Source: an uncultured Candidatus Rokubacteria bacterium
Lineage (GTDB): Bacteria; Methylomirabilota; Methylomirabilia; Rokubacteriales; CSP1-6
NCBI GenBank assembly: GCA_963762145.1
Contig: CAVXJS010000021.1
Coordinates: 960,001 to 1,024,000 of the forward strand
Direction: 5' to 3'
Length of the DNA: 64,000 nucleotides
Of the stretch, positions 1-11,434 are shown in pieces (position 1 is the first letter of the stretch; each line of letters opens with the position of its first letter). The position numbers were made by a program, and so were the translations under genes. The notes beneath the pieces were generated by a model. It was not told the DNA's origin. It saw only the letters and a list, made by a program, of their open reading frames with translations, and did not search any database.

Positions 1-219
1 GACGGGCTCACCTGGTGGTGGGATGCCCACGCCAGGCGCGCCGACCTCATCCACCCGCGTCCGGATCGAACACACCCCGATCTCCCAGCCATGAACAACC
101 CCAGTCAGGATCCAAACAGCCGCTGTCCTGCTGGTCACACGCGGCCGAAGACGAATCAGCCGTGCCAGCCCACGATCAATAACCCGGCACCGAAGAACAA
201 GTAGCGAACGGAGCGTGTC

Positions 220-745
220 ATGGAATCACCCGTTCAGACAATCGGCACCGAACAGCCCGCCCCGGTCCACGACGCTCACATCACGATCAGGTTGAACGGA
301 ACCGCGCGGGGGCTCGACGTGGCCCCGTGGACGACCCTGCTCGACGCCCTTCGCGAACACTTAGACATGACTGGCACGAAGAAAGGCTGCGATCACGGCC
401 AGTGCGGCGCCTGTACCGTCCTGGTGGACGGCACGCGCATCGTGTCCTGCTTGACCCTGGCCATCATGCAGGATGGCGCCGAGGTCACGACCATCGAGGG
501 CCTGGCCGAAGGTGACACGCTGCACCCGCTACAAGCCGCGTTCCTCGAGCACGATGCCTTTCAGTGCGGGTACTGCACGCCGGGCCAGATCTGCTCCGCC
601 ATCGGGCTGATCCGCGAGGGGCGAGCGCAGGACCGCCGACGAGATCCGCGAGCTGATGAGCGGCAACCTCTGCCGCTGCGGCGCTTATCCCAACATCGTG
701 GCGGCGATCCAGGCGGCGATGGCCGGCGCGGGGCCGCCGCGATGA
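220..745 (+). CDS. paoA: Aldehyde oxidoreductase 2Fe-2S subunit (PaoA/YagT-like); frameshift near 630
   Basis: [16 protein letters not shown] and QCGYCTPGQ motifs; after the indel the frame continues [15 protein letters not shown] to TGA 743-745, overlapping the next ATG (ATGA). No Tat signal. Confidence 0.9.
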
Positions 746-1735
746 ACCGCTTCGCCTACACGCGGGTCGACGACGTTGCGAGCGCGGTTCGCGAGATCTC
801 CGACGACGGCGCCGCCAGGTTCATCGCGGGCGGCACGAATCTCCTCGACCTCATGAAGGAGAACGTCGAGCGGCCCGAGCCGCCTGATCGACATCACGCA
901 TTTGGCGCTTCGGGACATCGAGCCGACCGCCGAGGGTGGGTTGCGGCTCGGCGCGCTGGCGACGAACACGGACGTCGCCTATGACGCCCGGATCGAGCGG
1001 CGCTACCCGCTCGTGGCGCAAGCTATCCTAGCCGGCGCCTCCCCGCAGCTGCGAAACATGGCCTCTGTCGGAGGTAACTTGATGCAGCGCGCCCGTTGCG
1101 CCTACTTCTATGACACCGCGACGCCGTGCAACAAGCGCGCACCGGGGTCGGGGTGCTCAGCGGTCGGTGGGTTCAATCGATACCATGCCATCCTCGGGGC
1201 GAGCGAGCAGTGCATCGCGGTCCATCCTTCGGATATGTGCGTGGCCTTGGCCGCGCTGGAGGCGGTGGTCCGTGTAACGGGAGCCCGTGGGGACCGTACG
1301 ATCCCGTTCGACGACTTCCACCGCCTCCCCGACGACACGCCGTTCCTCGACACGAACAAGCGCCCCGACGAGCTCATCACGGCCGTCGACCTGCCCGCCG
1401 ATGGCTTCGCCGAGCACTACGCCTACCTGAAAGTCCGCGACCGCGCCTCGTACGCCTTCGCATTGGTGTCGGTGGCGGTGGCCTTGCGGATGGACGGCGA
1501 GACGATCCTGGCGGCGCGGCTCGCGCTCGGGGGAGTGGCCCACAAACCGTGGCGCGACCGCTCGGCCGAGGCCGCACTACAGGGCCGGCCGGCCTCGCAG
1601 GCATCGTTCCACCACGTGGGGGAGATGTTAGTGCGGGACGCCCGGGGCTTCGGCCACAATACATTCAAGATCGATTTGGTAAAGCGTGCCGTCGTCCGCG
1701 CCCTCGGCCAGGCCGCCGGCATCGAGGCCGCCTAG
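742..1735 (+). CDS. paoB: Aldehyde oxidoreductase FAD-binding subunit (PaoB/YagS-like); frameshift near 880
   Basis: IAGGTNLLDLMK, GASPQLRNMASVGGNLMQR, Cys cluster RCAYFYD..PCNKR..GC..CIAVHPSD, KVRDRASYAFALVS. Confidence 0.9.
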
Positions 1736-1759
1736 AGCCAGAACAGGGAGTCACCCGCC

Positions 1760-4003
1760 ATGACGACCGCGCACATCGGACAACCCACTCCCCGGGTCGA
1801 CGGCCGCGCCAAGGTGACCGGCGCGGCCCGGTATGCCGCCGAGTACAACGTGCCTCACCTGGCCCATGGCTACGTGGTCGGTAGCGCGGTGGCCAAAGGT
1901 GTGATCGTCTCGATCGACGCCAGCGCGGCCCTCGCGGTGTCGGGCGTGTTCCAGGTCTTCACGCACGAGAACGTCCGGGGGCTTCCGCGGCGCGACAGCA
2001 AGTACCGCGACGAAGTATCCCCGCCCACCGGCTCGCCATTCCGCCCGCTCCGCAACGATGAGATCCAGTTCAGCGGGCAACCCGTCGCGCTCGTGGTCGC
2101 CGAGACCTTCGAGCTGGCGCGGCAAGCCGCGACCCTCGTCCGCGTCGAGTACGCCCCGCAAGGCACACCACACGAGCCTGGAAGTGGAGCGCCATGCCGC
2201 CCATGAGCCGCGAGCACCGGACACCGCCCCCGGATGCCCGTGGCGACGCCGACGGAGCCTTCGCGGCCGCCGCAGTGCAGCTCGAGGCCGAGTACCTCGT
2301 GCCGGCCGAGCACCACAACCCGATGGAGCTGTTCGCGGCCACCGTGGTCCGTCATGACGACGGGACGTTGACGGTCTACGACAAGACCCAGGGCGTGCTA
2401 GAACGTCCAGGACTATCTCTGCCAGCGTGTTCGGCGTACGCCCCGGACGAGCTGCGCGTCGTCTCTCCCTTCGTGGGCGGGGCGTTCGGCTCGGGGCTGC
2501 GCCCGCAGTACCACGTGTTCCTGGCCGTGCTGGCGGCGCGGGAGCTGAAGCGCTCGGTCCGGGTGTCGCTGACGCGCCAGCAGATGTTCAGCCTTCGGGC
2601 ACCGCCCCGCCACCTGGCAGCGCGTCGCGCTCGGCGCCTCCCCCGACGGCACGCTGGAGGCCGTCATCCACGAGGCGATCGCCGAGACCTCGCAGTTCGA
2701 GGACTATCAGCGAGACGGTCGTCAACTGGTCGGGCATGCTCTACCGGTGCGACAACGTCACGTTCGATCACAAGGTGGTCAAGCTCGACTGTCTACACGC
2801 CGATGCGACATGCGGGCGCCGGGCGCCGCCTGGGGCGTGTACGCGCTCGAGATGCGCGATGGACGAGCTGGCCGTCAAGCTCGGCATCGACCCGGTCGAG
2901 CTGCGGCTGCAGAACTACGCCGAGAGGGACCAGAACGAGGACAAGCCGTTCTCGAGCAAGGAGCTCCGCGCCTGCTACCGGCAGGGCGCCGAGCGGTTCG
3001 GCTGGGCGCGCCGCAACCCCGAGCCGCGGTCGATGCGCGAGGGCGACCGCTCGTCGGCTGGGGCATGGCCGGCGGGCGTGCTGGGAGGCGCAGCAGCGAG
3101 CCGGCGACGGCGAAAGCCGTGCTCACCGCCGACGGCAAGCTCACGGTGAGCAGCGCGACGGCGGACATCGGCACCGGCACCTACACGATCATGACGCAGA
3201 TCGCCGCCGAGACTCGCTCGGGCTGCCGATCGAGGACGTGACGTTCACGCTCGGCGATTCGTCCCTGCCGAACGCGCCCGTCGAGGGCGGGTCGTTGACG
3301 GCCGCCTCGGTCGGGCTCGGCGGTCCAGGCCGCCTGCAACGAGGTGCGTGAAAGCCTGTTCGAGCTCGCGCGGAAGCTCGACGACTCGCCGCTCGCGGGC
3401 GCCGAGCTCGCGGACGTGACGTTCACCGACGGGCACCTCCGATTGCCGCGCGACCCGTGCCGGGCCGTGTCCCTGACCGAGATGCGCCTGCAGGGCGAGT
3501 CGACGACCATCGAAGCGGAGACGACGGCCGGGCCCTCGCCAGAAGCAGCAAGGACTACGCCGATCTACTCGCACTCGGCGGTGTTCGCCGAGGTGCAGGT
3601 CGACGAAGACCTCGGCACGGTGCGGGTCACGCGGGTCGTCAGCGCGGTGGCGGGCGGCCGCATCCTGAACCCGAAGACGGCGCGCAGTCAGATCCTCGGC
3701 GGGATCGTCTGGGGCATCGGCATGGCGCTGGAGGAGGAAAGCGTGCTCGACCACAGCTTCGGGCGGTTCATGACCCACAACCTGGCCGAGTACCACATCC
3801 CGGTCAACGCCGACGTGCAGGACATCGAGGTGATCTTCGTCGAGGAACACGACGAGGTCGTCAATCCGCTCGGCGCGAAGGGGCTGGGGGAGATCGGCGT
3901 CGTCGGCGTGGCGGCGGCGATCGCCAATGCGGTCTACCACGCCACGGGCAGACGCGTCCGCGATCTGCCGATCACCCTCGACAAGTTGCTCGCGGCCACG
4001 TGA
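1760..4003 (+). CDS. paoC: Aldehyde oxidoreductase molybdopterin-binding subunit (PaoC/YagR-like); multiple frameshifts
   Basis: RVDGRAKVTGAARYAAE, HHNPME, VGGAFGSG, DIGTGTYT, GRILNPKTARSQILGG, GAKGLGEIG pieces spread over several frames. Confidence 0.88.
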
Positions 4004-4173
4004 GCGTCAGGTCGGCTTGCGGCCCAAACCCTCGCGCAACTCCCCTTCGCGCGCTCGAGCAGGAGACAGCTGCCGCGCTCCAGCCACCCAGGCTGTGAGG
4101 TGGGAGCAAGCCGCCGACGAGCAGATTCGCCATCGCCCGTGGCGGCGACTTCAATCGCTACTAGGACGATCCC

Positions 4174-4938
4174 TTACCGGATTCCCCGTTCCCAGTACTT
4201 CGGCCGGTCGTGATGCTCGAAGAGCCGGGTTTCGTACTCTCGCTCGAACGCCCGGCTTGGATCATATTCGGGTGCCGCCTTGATGTCGTTCTGACGGAGA
4301 CCAACGTGGACCTTCGATTCGGGCCAGCTCACCGTCTTGATCCAGTCGGGCGAAAGCACCACCTTCTTGCCGGGCCACCAGTTGCGTGTATCGACCACCA
4401 GGTAGCGGATCGCCCATGCCGGGTCATCGATGAGGAAGTCCTCCACGTGACCGATGTCGCCGTCGAGTGCGGCAATGTAGTAGCCGGTCACGTCGCGCGC
4501 GCTCCGGAGGTACGGATCTCCCTTGGGGTTGTCGCGGTCGCAGGCGGTCATCTCCTCCAGGACCGGCGGCACCGGCGGCATCCCGGGATAAGCCAGTAGA
4601 CCCCAGCGATTCGGACCTTCCCAGTAGTACTGCTGGTTGTAGTAGCGCGCGAGCGCTTCCTCCTGCTGACGGTCCACCGGCTTGTCGGCGTCGATCGGCG
4701 GGCTGTTTTCGACCTGCTCCCGACTGAGGTTTACAGCCACCCTGCCGGTCAGCAACTCCCCGCGCACCGACAACGGGGAGATCAGCACCTGACGGCCGGG
4801 CAGCCAGTTGCCGGTATCCACCACTAGGTAACGAATGGTCCACGTGATGTGGTCAAAGTAGAGATCGCGGATACTGCCGATGTCTCCGTCCATGGCCGCG
4901 ATCGAAAGCCCCCTGAACCCGCTCGCCGGATTGAGCAT
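4174..4938 (-). CDS. Tandem PRC-barrel domain protein
   Basis: Two repeats of GxxIxAxDGDIGxxxDxxxDxxxWxIRYLVVDTxNWxPGxxVxxSP; SD AAGGAGG before ATG 4938. Confidence 0.85.
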   Translation of the reverse strand: MLNPASGFRGLSIAAMDGDIGSIRDLYFDHITWTIRYLVVDTGNWLPGRQVLISPLSVRGELLTGRVAVNLSREQVENSPPIDADKPVDRQQEEALARYYNQQYYWEGPNRWGLLAYPGMPPVPPVLEEMTACDRDNPKGDPYLRSARDVTGYYIAALDGDIGHVEDFLIDDPAWAIRYLVVDTRNWWPGKKVVLSPDWIKTVSWPESKVHVGLRQNDIKAAPEYDPSRAFEREYETRLFEHHDRPKYWERGIR

Positions 4939-5149
4939 GGTATTCCTCCTTTCCGCCTCCCAAGGCATTTCCCGTGCAAACGCTCAATAACGCGCAGGAG
5001 GACGCGGTCCCCACAAACGTCGATGGCAGGCCGTAAGGTTTACCGGGAAAGATCGCGGCGCCAGTAACTCGTGGGCGCCGCACGGGCGGCAATTAGACGG
5101 GGACGGCGCTCCCGCGGGTCGGATCGGACACGCTGCGCGAGGGAGCCGA

Positions 5150-5305
5150 GGGATCGCCGTGCGCATCGTTGCCTCACTGGGCAAGGCACTCGTTTCGAGC
5201 ACAGTGCGCGATCTCACCGACTGTTCCGGCTTCCCGTTTGTCGATCGCGGCGTGCACACGCTGAAGGGTGTGCCCGAGCCGCGTCAGGTATTCGCCCTGG
5301 TCTAA
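5150..5305 (+). pseudogene. C-terminal remnant of a class III adenylate/guanylate cyclase
   Basis: Manual translation GIAVRIVASLGKALVSSTVRDLTDCSGFPFVDRGVHTLKGVPEPRQVFALV* resembles the cyclase C-terminal LVSSTVRDL...F.DRG.H.LKGV signature; no start or N-terminal part. Confidence 0.7.
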
Positions 5306-5365
5306 GAACCGACTCCCGGTTGCGTTCCCGGGGTTCAAGTCGTGTTGGGTGCCGTTGGAAGAAGG

Positions 5366-5683
5366 CTATTTTGCCCGCTCATGGATGCACGCGAGATACG
5401 TCTGCCGGTAAACTGGTTCCTCACCAATGGGTGCAACTCGAGACGGGGATGTGCCCGACTGGGCACTGTCGGCCACCCACCCATCGGTCGGGTTGCTCCC
5501 CGGCGGAGGAGCTGACGGAGGCGTGGTTCCGGCGCCTGGCTTTACGGGGGCCGCCTTGCTGACTTGTGCCGCCTTGTGGTCGCAGTAGTCCATATCCCCC
5601 TTGGTGGGGTGGGCCGCCAAAGCACCGCCGGCTAAGGTCCCGACTACGAGGACCCCGGTCCCGACGAATCGCCAAAGCTTCAT
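5366..5683 (-). CDS. Small secreted protein with two Cys and a Pro-rich linker
   Basis: SD GAGGAGGGAG; signal peptide MKLWRFVGTGVLVVGTLAGGALAAH. Confidence 0.65.
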   Translation of the reverse strand: MKLWRFVGTGVLVVGTLAGGALAAHPTKGDMDYCDHKAAQVSKAAPVKPGAGTTPPSAPPPGSNPTDGWVADSAQSGTSPSRVAPIGEEPVYRQTYLACIHERAK

Positions 5684-5952
5684 GGCTCCCTCCTCTCGAT
5701 TCGACATTCAAAGACGGGCGCATATTCCGTTCCAATCAAGAAGGCTCACGTGTCGGACCTCTTTCGGGGCCTCTGACCGACTAGAGGTAACCCTTACATA
5801 GAAAGAACGTGGAGATATCAATTCTCCGGACCTACGTAGCTGAGCCCCAACGCGACAATGAGCCTTTTCCGGGTCACCCCCGAGCGCTGTGGAAGGCGAT
5901 CCGCGCTAAGGTCCTATTGCTGAAGGGCCGGCCTGTCCTACAGAGGAGGCTC

Positions 5953-7044
5953 ATGCGAACGAGAGCTCCTGTGGCTCTTCTCCTTGCCGCCGCGCTCGGC
6001 GTGGTGGCCTACCGTCGTGCGCTCGCACGGATAGGGTCGTCAGCACTCGCCGGAGGCCTCGCGCTCGGCGGCTATGGTCCCTCTCCGAGACGTGCGTCCG
6101 TAGCCCGGCCGGATCTCCTGAAGCTGCGCCGCGCCGAGGCCGAACGGAATAGGAGCGCGCACCGCCGAGTGCTCGTTCGGCTGCTCGAACGCATCAAGGC
6201 CGAGTACGACCGGTACACCGCGGGCGCACAGAAGGAACCGCCGGTGCTCGACGTCCTGATCGTCTCGGGCGGAGGGGACTGGAGAGCGTTCGGGGCGGGG
6301 TTTCTCAAGGGGTGGCATAAGGTGCCTGCCCAGCACCCACTCGCCAAGCCCGAGTTCGACATCGTGACCGGGGTGAGCACCGGCACCCTGATCGCGCCGT
6401 TCACATTTCTGGGGGACGAGCCGGCGCTCGACCAGATCGTGAACCTCTACCGCAACCCAGGGGCGGACTGGGTGAAGCCGCGTGGGATGCTCTATTTCCT
6501 ACCTGACAACATCTCGTTCAGCATTGCGAAGGCGGGCGCCGACGGTCGAATGCTGGTGGTGAACACGACCAACCTCGACGACGCCGGACCGCGTGTGTTC
6601 GACCTGGTCGAGGAAGCGCAGCGCGCCGCCGACTCGGGCGAGCTCGAACGTCTTCACAGCATCATGTTGGCCTCGGCGGGCATCCCCGGCGCGTTCCCGT
6701 TCCGGATCATCGACCAGGAGCTCTACGTGGATGGCGGCGTGACGGGAAACATCCTCTATGGCGGACAGGCCGAAGAGGAGGATGCCCTGCCGGCCCTCTG
6801 GCAGCGGACCTATCCAGACGTCCCGATCCCCAAGATCCGTTTCTGGATCATTTTCAACAATCAGTTCCGCCCGGTGCCGCACGTGACGCCGCCGAAGTGG
6901 ATCGCGGTCGTTGAACGAAGCCTGGAGACGGCAACGCGCGCGTCCACGGCCACCGCGGTGAAGCATCTCGTCGCGCTCGCGGAGATCGCTCGACTCAAGC
7001 GCAAGGCCGACGTGGAAATTCGCCTCGTGTCGATTCCCGGCGAC
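5953..7044 (+). pseudogene. Patatin-like phospholipase, degenerate and 3'-truncated
   Basis: SGGGDWRAFGAG, GVSTG and YVDGGV motifs; SD GAGGAGG; coding signal ends at the stop of the convergent gene with no stop of its own. Confidence 0.7.
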
Positions 7045-7758
7045 TCAGCGCGGCCGGGCGGCCAGCCAGTCGTGCAGCGGGGGCACCCGCGCGTCCACCT
7101 GACGCAGGTTGTAGTACGGGATCGCGGGCCGGTAGACGTCGAAGACCCGCCGCAGCTCCCCGATCGGCTCGGCGTGGACGTCCACGCGGAGATCGACGTG
7201 GGCGAAGGGCCGGTCGTCGAAGACCAGGAGGGCGGCGGACTGCTGGCCTCCGTGCTGCCCGCCCGCGTCGCGCCCGGCCTCGATCGTCCGGAGCAGGCGC
7301 TCCTCGAGATCCTCGCCGGGATCGGCGGCGAAGGCCTTCTCCATCGCGTCGAGCACGTGCTCCCCGGTGAGCACGTTGCCGAGCACGATGTGGTCGTTCC
7401 GCACGTGGTGGCCGGCCCAGTCGCGATTCATCTTGCCGGTGCGCGCGGCCGCGAAGCCGTCGGCGTCAATGACCCCGAGCTGCCGGTACTCCGCGTAGGG
7501 GTCGGCCTTGACCAGCTCCTCGATCACCGCGGGCGCCTTGAAGCCCATCTCGAGCAGCCGCAGCGCCATGTAGCCCAGGCGCGCATCCGCGATGGCCATG
7601 ATGGCGACGGCGCCCAGTCCCGCGCGCACGTGAGGCACCCGCGCGCCGACCGCGAGCGAGCGGGTGGCGGTGGCGATGCCGAGGCGCCCGGTTCGGGGAC
7701 AGCGTCCGAGCACCGTGAACGTATGGAACTCGACGCCCGGCGGCCGGCCCGCGCTCAT
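7045..7758 (-). CDS. DUF1028 family (Ntn-hydrolase-like) protein
   Basis: HTFTVLGRCPRTGRLGIATATRSLAVGARVP...AGG..GGQQSAALLV...DLRVDVHAEPIGELRR. Confidence 0.85.
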   Translation of the reverse strand: MSAGRPPGVEFHTFTVLGRCPRTGRLGIATATRSLAVGARVPHVRAGLGAVAIMAIADARLGYMALRLLEMGFKAPAVIEELVKADPYAEYRQLGVIDADGFAAARTGKMNRDWAGHHVRNDHIVLGNVLTGEHVLDAMEKAFAADPGEDLEERLLRTIEAGRDAGGQHGGQQSAALLVFDDRPFAHVDLRVDVHAEPIGELRRVFDVYRPAIPYYNLRQVDARVPPLHDWLAARPR

Positions 7759-8957
7759 CGCGCGCCCCCCGCGGCGGCCGGATCCACGTAGTCCGGCCGC
7801 ACCGCGTACGGATACGGGCCCTCGACCGTCTGGCCCCGGGCGAACCGGCCCAGACCGAATGCCTCGATGTCGACCGTCTTGGCCCGACCGTCCGTGATGA
7901 GCTCCGCCATGCACGTGCCGACCGCCGGGGCGATCTTGAAGCCGGACCCGCTGAACGCGGTGGCCAGGTAGAGCCCGTCGATGCCCTCCACCGCCCCCAG
8001 GATCGCGTGGCGGTCCGCGCTGTAGCCGTCGAAGGCACGGTAGCCGCGGGACAGCGTCGCCCGCTCCATCGCCGGGATGCGATGGGTGAGCAGCTGCGCG
8101 CCAAGGCCGGCCGCCTCGGGCGGCAGCCCGGTGCCGAGGGTATCCGGATCGATATCCCACTCCTGGCACGGCACGCCGACCAGCGTGAGTCCGCCGCTTT
8201 CCGGCCGGAAGTAGTTGCCCTGCACGTTGTCGATGAAGACCATGTGCGGATCGCGCAGCGCGGCGGGCCGGCTCACCGCCACCGTGTCGATGGCCTTCGG
8301 CCGCGCGGGCACCGCGAGGCCGATCTCCTCGCAGAGCCGGCGCGACCAGGCGCCCGCGGCCACCACCACGTGGCCCGCGTCGATCGGGCCCGCGGCCGTC
8401 TCGACGCCGGTGACGCGGCTCTCGCGCCGGACGATGCGGGTCACCGCGGTCCACGGGAGCACGCGCGCGCCCAGCTCCACCGCGCGGCGCCGGAAGCCCT
8501 CCACCGTCTCGGCCGGGTTGGCGTAGCCGCTCTCCGGCTCGTAGGCCGCCGCGCCGACGTCGTCCACGTGGGCGAAGGGCTGGAGCTCCCGCAGCTCGGC
8601 CGGGGTGATCGCGGTGGTGTTGACCCCGATGCGGCGGAGCATCTCCACGTTCCGCCGCAGGTGATCGGCGTAGCGCGGCGCCACCACGTTGACGAAGCCG
8701 GTGTGGGTGAACACCGGCGGGCCGCCCATCAGCTCGGCCCAGTGCCGGAACATCGGGAAGCTGGCCCAGGCCAGGCGTGCGTCCCATTCATTCGTGTAGT
8801 GCATGCGTACCAGCGCGCTCGAGCGGCCGGAAGCGCCGCCCGCGAGGGCTCCCTTCTCGACGAGGACGACCTTCACGCCCTTCGCGGCCAGCGCGTAGGC
8901 AATGCTCGCGCCGTTGACCCCGCCGCCGACCACCACCACCTCGGCCGTCTGGCTCAT
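7755..8957 (-). CDS. FAD-dependent oxidoreductase (DAO/sarcosine oxidase beta family)
   Basis: VVVVGGGVNGASIAY, GASGRSSALVR, FSGSGFKIAPAVG. Confidence 0.88.
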   Translation of the reverse strand: MSQTAEVVVVGGGVNGASIAYALAAKGVKVVLVEKGALAGGASGRSSALVRMHYTNEWDARLAWASFPMFRHWAELMGGPPVFTHTGFVNVVAPRYADHLRRNVEMLRRIGVNTTAITPAELRELQPFAHVDDVGAAAYEPESGYANPAETVEGFRRRAVELGARVLPWTAVTRIVRRESRVTGVETAAGPIDAGHVVVAAGAWSRRLCEEIGLAVPARPKAIDTVAVSRPAALRDPHMVFIDNVQGNYFRPESGGLTLVGVPCQEWDIDPDTLGTGLPPEAAGLGAQLLTHRIPAMERATLSRGYRAFDGYSADRHAILGAVEGIDGLYLATAFSGSGFKIAPAVGTCMAELITDGRAKTVDIEAFGLGRFARGQTVEGPYPYAVRPDYVDPAAAGGAR

Positions 8958-8965
8958 CGCCGAGC

Positions 8966-9784
8966 CTACTTCAGCAGCGCGCGCGCGGCGGCCAGGTTCG
9001 CCTCCGCGCCGCTCTTCAGGACCAGCACCGCGTCGTCGAATCCGAGGTCCCGCAGGCGCCGGATCCGCTGCGCGGCGACGTCGGGGGCACAGCGCAGATG
9101 GAACGGACCGTCGTCGGGACACGGCTCCGTGGGCCCGGTGAGATCCACTGCGATGTTCGTCACGATCGCGCGCTTGCCGCCCGCGGCCCGGTATCGCTGG
9201 ATCCCGTCGGCCAGCGTGTTGAGGTTGGTCTTGCCCGCCGAGGCGATCCAGCCGTCGAACTCCTGGGCCGCCCGCGGGATCCAGCGCTTGCCGCCCCAGC
9301 TCCCGATCAGCACCGCCGGGCCGCCGAGCGCGCCGGGCCATGGAGTGAGGTTGGCCGCGCCGACCTGCTCCCCGCGCCAGAGCCGACGCATGACCGGCAG
9401 CGCGTCCTCGAAGGCCTGCAGGCGCGCGGCGTAGTCGAGCCCGAGCGCGTCGAAGTCGGCCTTGGTGGACCCCGCGCCCACGCCGAGCAGGAGCCGCCCG
9501 CCGGAGATGAGGTGCGCGGTAAGGATGCGGTGGGCCAGCTCGACGGGGTTGCGCAGCGGCACCTGCAGCACGCACGTTCCCACCTCGACCCGGGTGGTGA
9601 CCGCGGCGGCGACCGAGACGCCGATCAGCGGGTCGGGCAGGATGAAGCCCCGGTTCATCGCGTCGAAGAACCAGAGGCTGTCGAACCCGATCCGCTCGGC
9701 CGTCCGCGCGCTGCCGACCAGCACGTCGCCGGTGAGCGGCGAGCCGTCCGGGCTCAGCGTGGCCACCCCGATCCCGAGGCGCAT
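8966..9784 (-). CDS. LLM class flavin-dependent oxidoreductase
   Basis: AERIGFDSLWFFD, GTCVLQVPLRNPVELA, SGGRLLLGVGAG. Confidence 0.85.
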   Translation of the reverse strand: MRLGIGVATLSPDGSPLTGDVLVGSARTAERIGFDSLWFFDAMNRGFILPDPLIGVSVAAAVTTRVEVGTCVLQVPLRNPVELAHRILTAHLISGGRLLLGVGAGSTKADFDALGLDYAARLQAFEDALPVMRRLWRGEQVGAANLTPWPGALGGPAVLIGSWGGKRWIPRAAQEFDGWIASAGKTNLNTLADGIQRYRAAGGKRAIVTNIAVDLTGPTEPCPDDGPFHLRCAPDVAAQRIRRLRDLGFDDAVLVLKSGAEANLAAARALLK

Positions 9785-9787
9785 GGC

Positions 9788-10198
9788 CTAGGTCGCCTCG
9801 CTGCGGTAGCCGCGCGCGTCGCTCGTGACGCCGTCCTGGTAGTTGACGATGCGCTTCGGGGAGACGTGGGTGCCGAGCAGGCGCAGCACCTGGTCGCCCA
9901 CCACCCGGAAGGCGTGCGGTGTCTCCGGCGGTACCGCGATCGTGTCGCCCTTGCGCAGCACCACCGCGGACTCGGGCTGCCCGTCGATCCACGCTTCGGC
10001 CACGCCGTCCAGGATGTGGAGGATCTCGATGTAGGGGTGCGAGTGCACCGCGGCCGCGTAGCCGGGCTGCGCGGTCTGGATCCCGGTGCGCACCGGCGTG
10101 CTGCCCGCGTCGTCGCCCACGATGGGCTGGTAGTGCGACAGGGGGCCGAAGCTCACCCGCTCGGTATCGTCCAGCCGGATGACCGTGATCGCCTTCAT
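9788..10198 (-). CDS. Cupin domain protein
   Basis: HSHPYIEILHILDG...GDTIAVPPETPHAF. Confidence 0.85.
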   Translation of the reverse strand: MKAITVIRLDDTERVSFGPLSHYQPIVGDDAGSTPVRTGIQTAQPGYAAAVHSHPYIEILHILDGVAEAWIDGQPESAVVLRKGDTIAVPPETPHAFRVVGDQVLRLLGTHVSPKRIVNYQDGVTSDARGYRSEAT

Positions 10199-11288
10199 GC
10201 CGCCTCCTTCCGCGCCGCCGCCACCTGCCGGAAGACGCGCACGTAGTTGCCGCCGATGAGCTTCGTCGTCTCCGCCGGGCTGAAGCCTCGCCGGAGGAAC
10301 AGGTCCACCACCGCGGGCAGGTCGGCGTAGTCGTCCCACACCTCGTTCACGCCCCCTCCATGTCGGTGCCGAGGCCGACGTGATCCACGCCCGCCACGTC
10401 CACCAGGCGCGCGATCCCCGAAACCCAGTCGCGCGCGTCCACGAACTGGTAGGCGGCGGGCCACACCCCGATCACCCCGCCCGCCTGCGCCATGAGCTTT
10501 GCATGGTCGGCGGAGATCAAGCGCGTGTAGGGCTGAAGGGGCGCGGTGGTGAGCGAGGTGTGCGAGAGGATGAAGGGCACCGCGCTGACCCGCGCCGCCT
10601 GCTCGACCAGCTTGAAGGTCCCATGGGCCACGTCCACCACGATGCCCAGCCGATTGCACTCGCGGATGGTGTCCACGCCGAGCGGGCTCAGCCCGCCCCA
10701 CTTGGCCTCCTCCGTCTGCTGATCGCCGAGCTCGCTCGGCATGTAGTGCACGACCTGGAGCTGGCGGACACCGCGGCGATACACCTCCTCGACCCGCTCG
10801 AGACGGCCGTCCATGAAGTGGCAGCCCTCGATCGTGACGATGAGCGCGGGCCGCCCCGCCGCCTTCGCGGCGTCGAGATCGGCCGGGGTCAGCACACGGG
10901 TCAGACCCGCCGGCCCCAGCAGCGAGTCCATGAAGGTCAGCCGCTGCCGCGTGAACTCGTAGAGCTCGCCGGGCGCGGGATCGCGGTATTGCCGGATTCT
11001 ACCGCCGGTAGGCGGCCGGCGAATGACCGGCCCATCCGCGGAGTGACAGAGGCACACCGCCGACATCCGCCCGCGCCGCATGTGATCCGCCAGGTCGTAC
11101 TTGGCCACCCGCGAGAACCCCGCTCCCGCGGAGTGAGTATGCATGTCCACCGAGATCGCGCCGGCCAGCACCCCGGGCACCCGCGGATCCAGATCCTCCA
11201 GCTTCCGCCCCTTGACCCCCGCGCACCCCGCCACCGCCATCGCGGCAGCACCACCCAGAAACGCCCGCCGGCTCAAGCCCTGGGTCAT
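10195..11288 (-). CDS. Membrane dipeptidase (M19) with Tat/lipoprotein signal; frameshift near 10355
   Basis: SRRAFL..AGC signal, VDMHTH, TIEG, VDVAH, SHT, DHVGLGTDMEG; C-terminus ..KLIGGNYVRVF in another frame. Confidence 0.82.
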
Positions 11289-11365
11289 GAGCCCGGATTC
11301 TACGCCAGGAGCCCGTCCCGACACCAACGGCTCATGCCAACTCCCGGACAGCTTGGCCGCTCCGA

Positions 11366-11433
11366 GCACGGGCTTCGCCCGTGCATCCTGTTTCTGGGGG
11401 GAGGTCCGGAAGGGGGGCAAAGCCCCCCTCCGG
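11366..11433. repeat. Double-hairpin REP-like intergenic element
   Basis: GCACGGGC-TTC-GCCCGTGC (11366-11384) and CCGGAAGGGGGGC-AAA-GCCCCCCTCCGG (11406-11433). Confidence 0.7.
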
Positions 11434-11434
11434 G

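Noticed and set aside
1-204. Open frame +1 ending at TAG 204
   Set aside because: No recognisable motif and the start would lie outside the window, so it cannot be supported as a gene.
1760-4003. Programmed frameshifting in paoC and other split genes
   Set aside because: The indels are too numerous and irregular, with no slippery motifs, which fits sequencing error.
5809-7791. 660-aa patatin fusion ORF
   Set aside because: Everything after 7044 is the antisense shadow of the DUF1028 gene.
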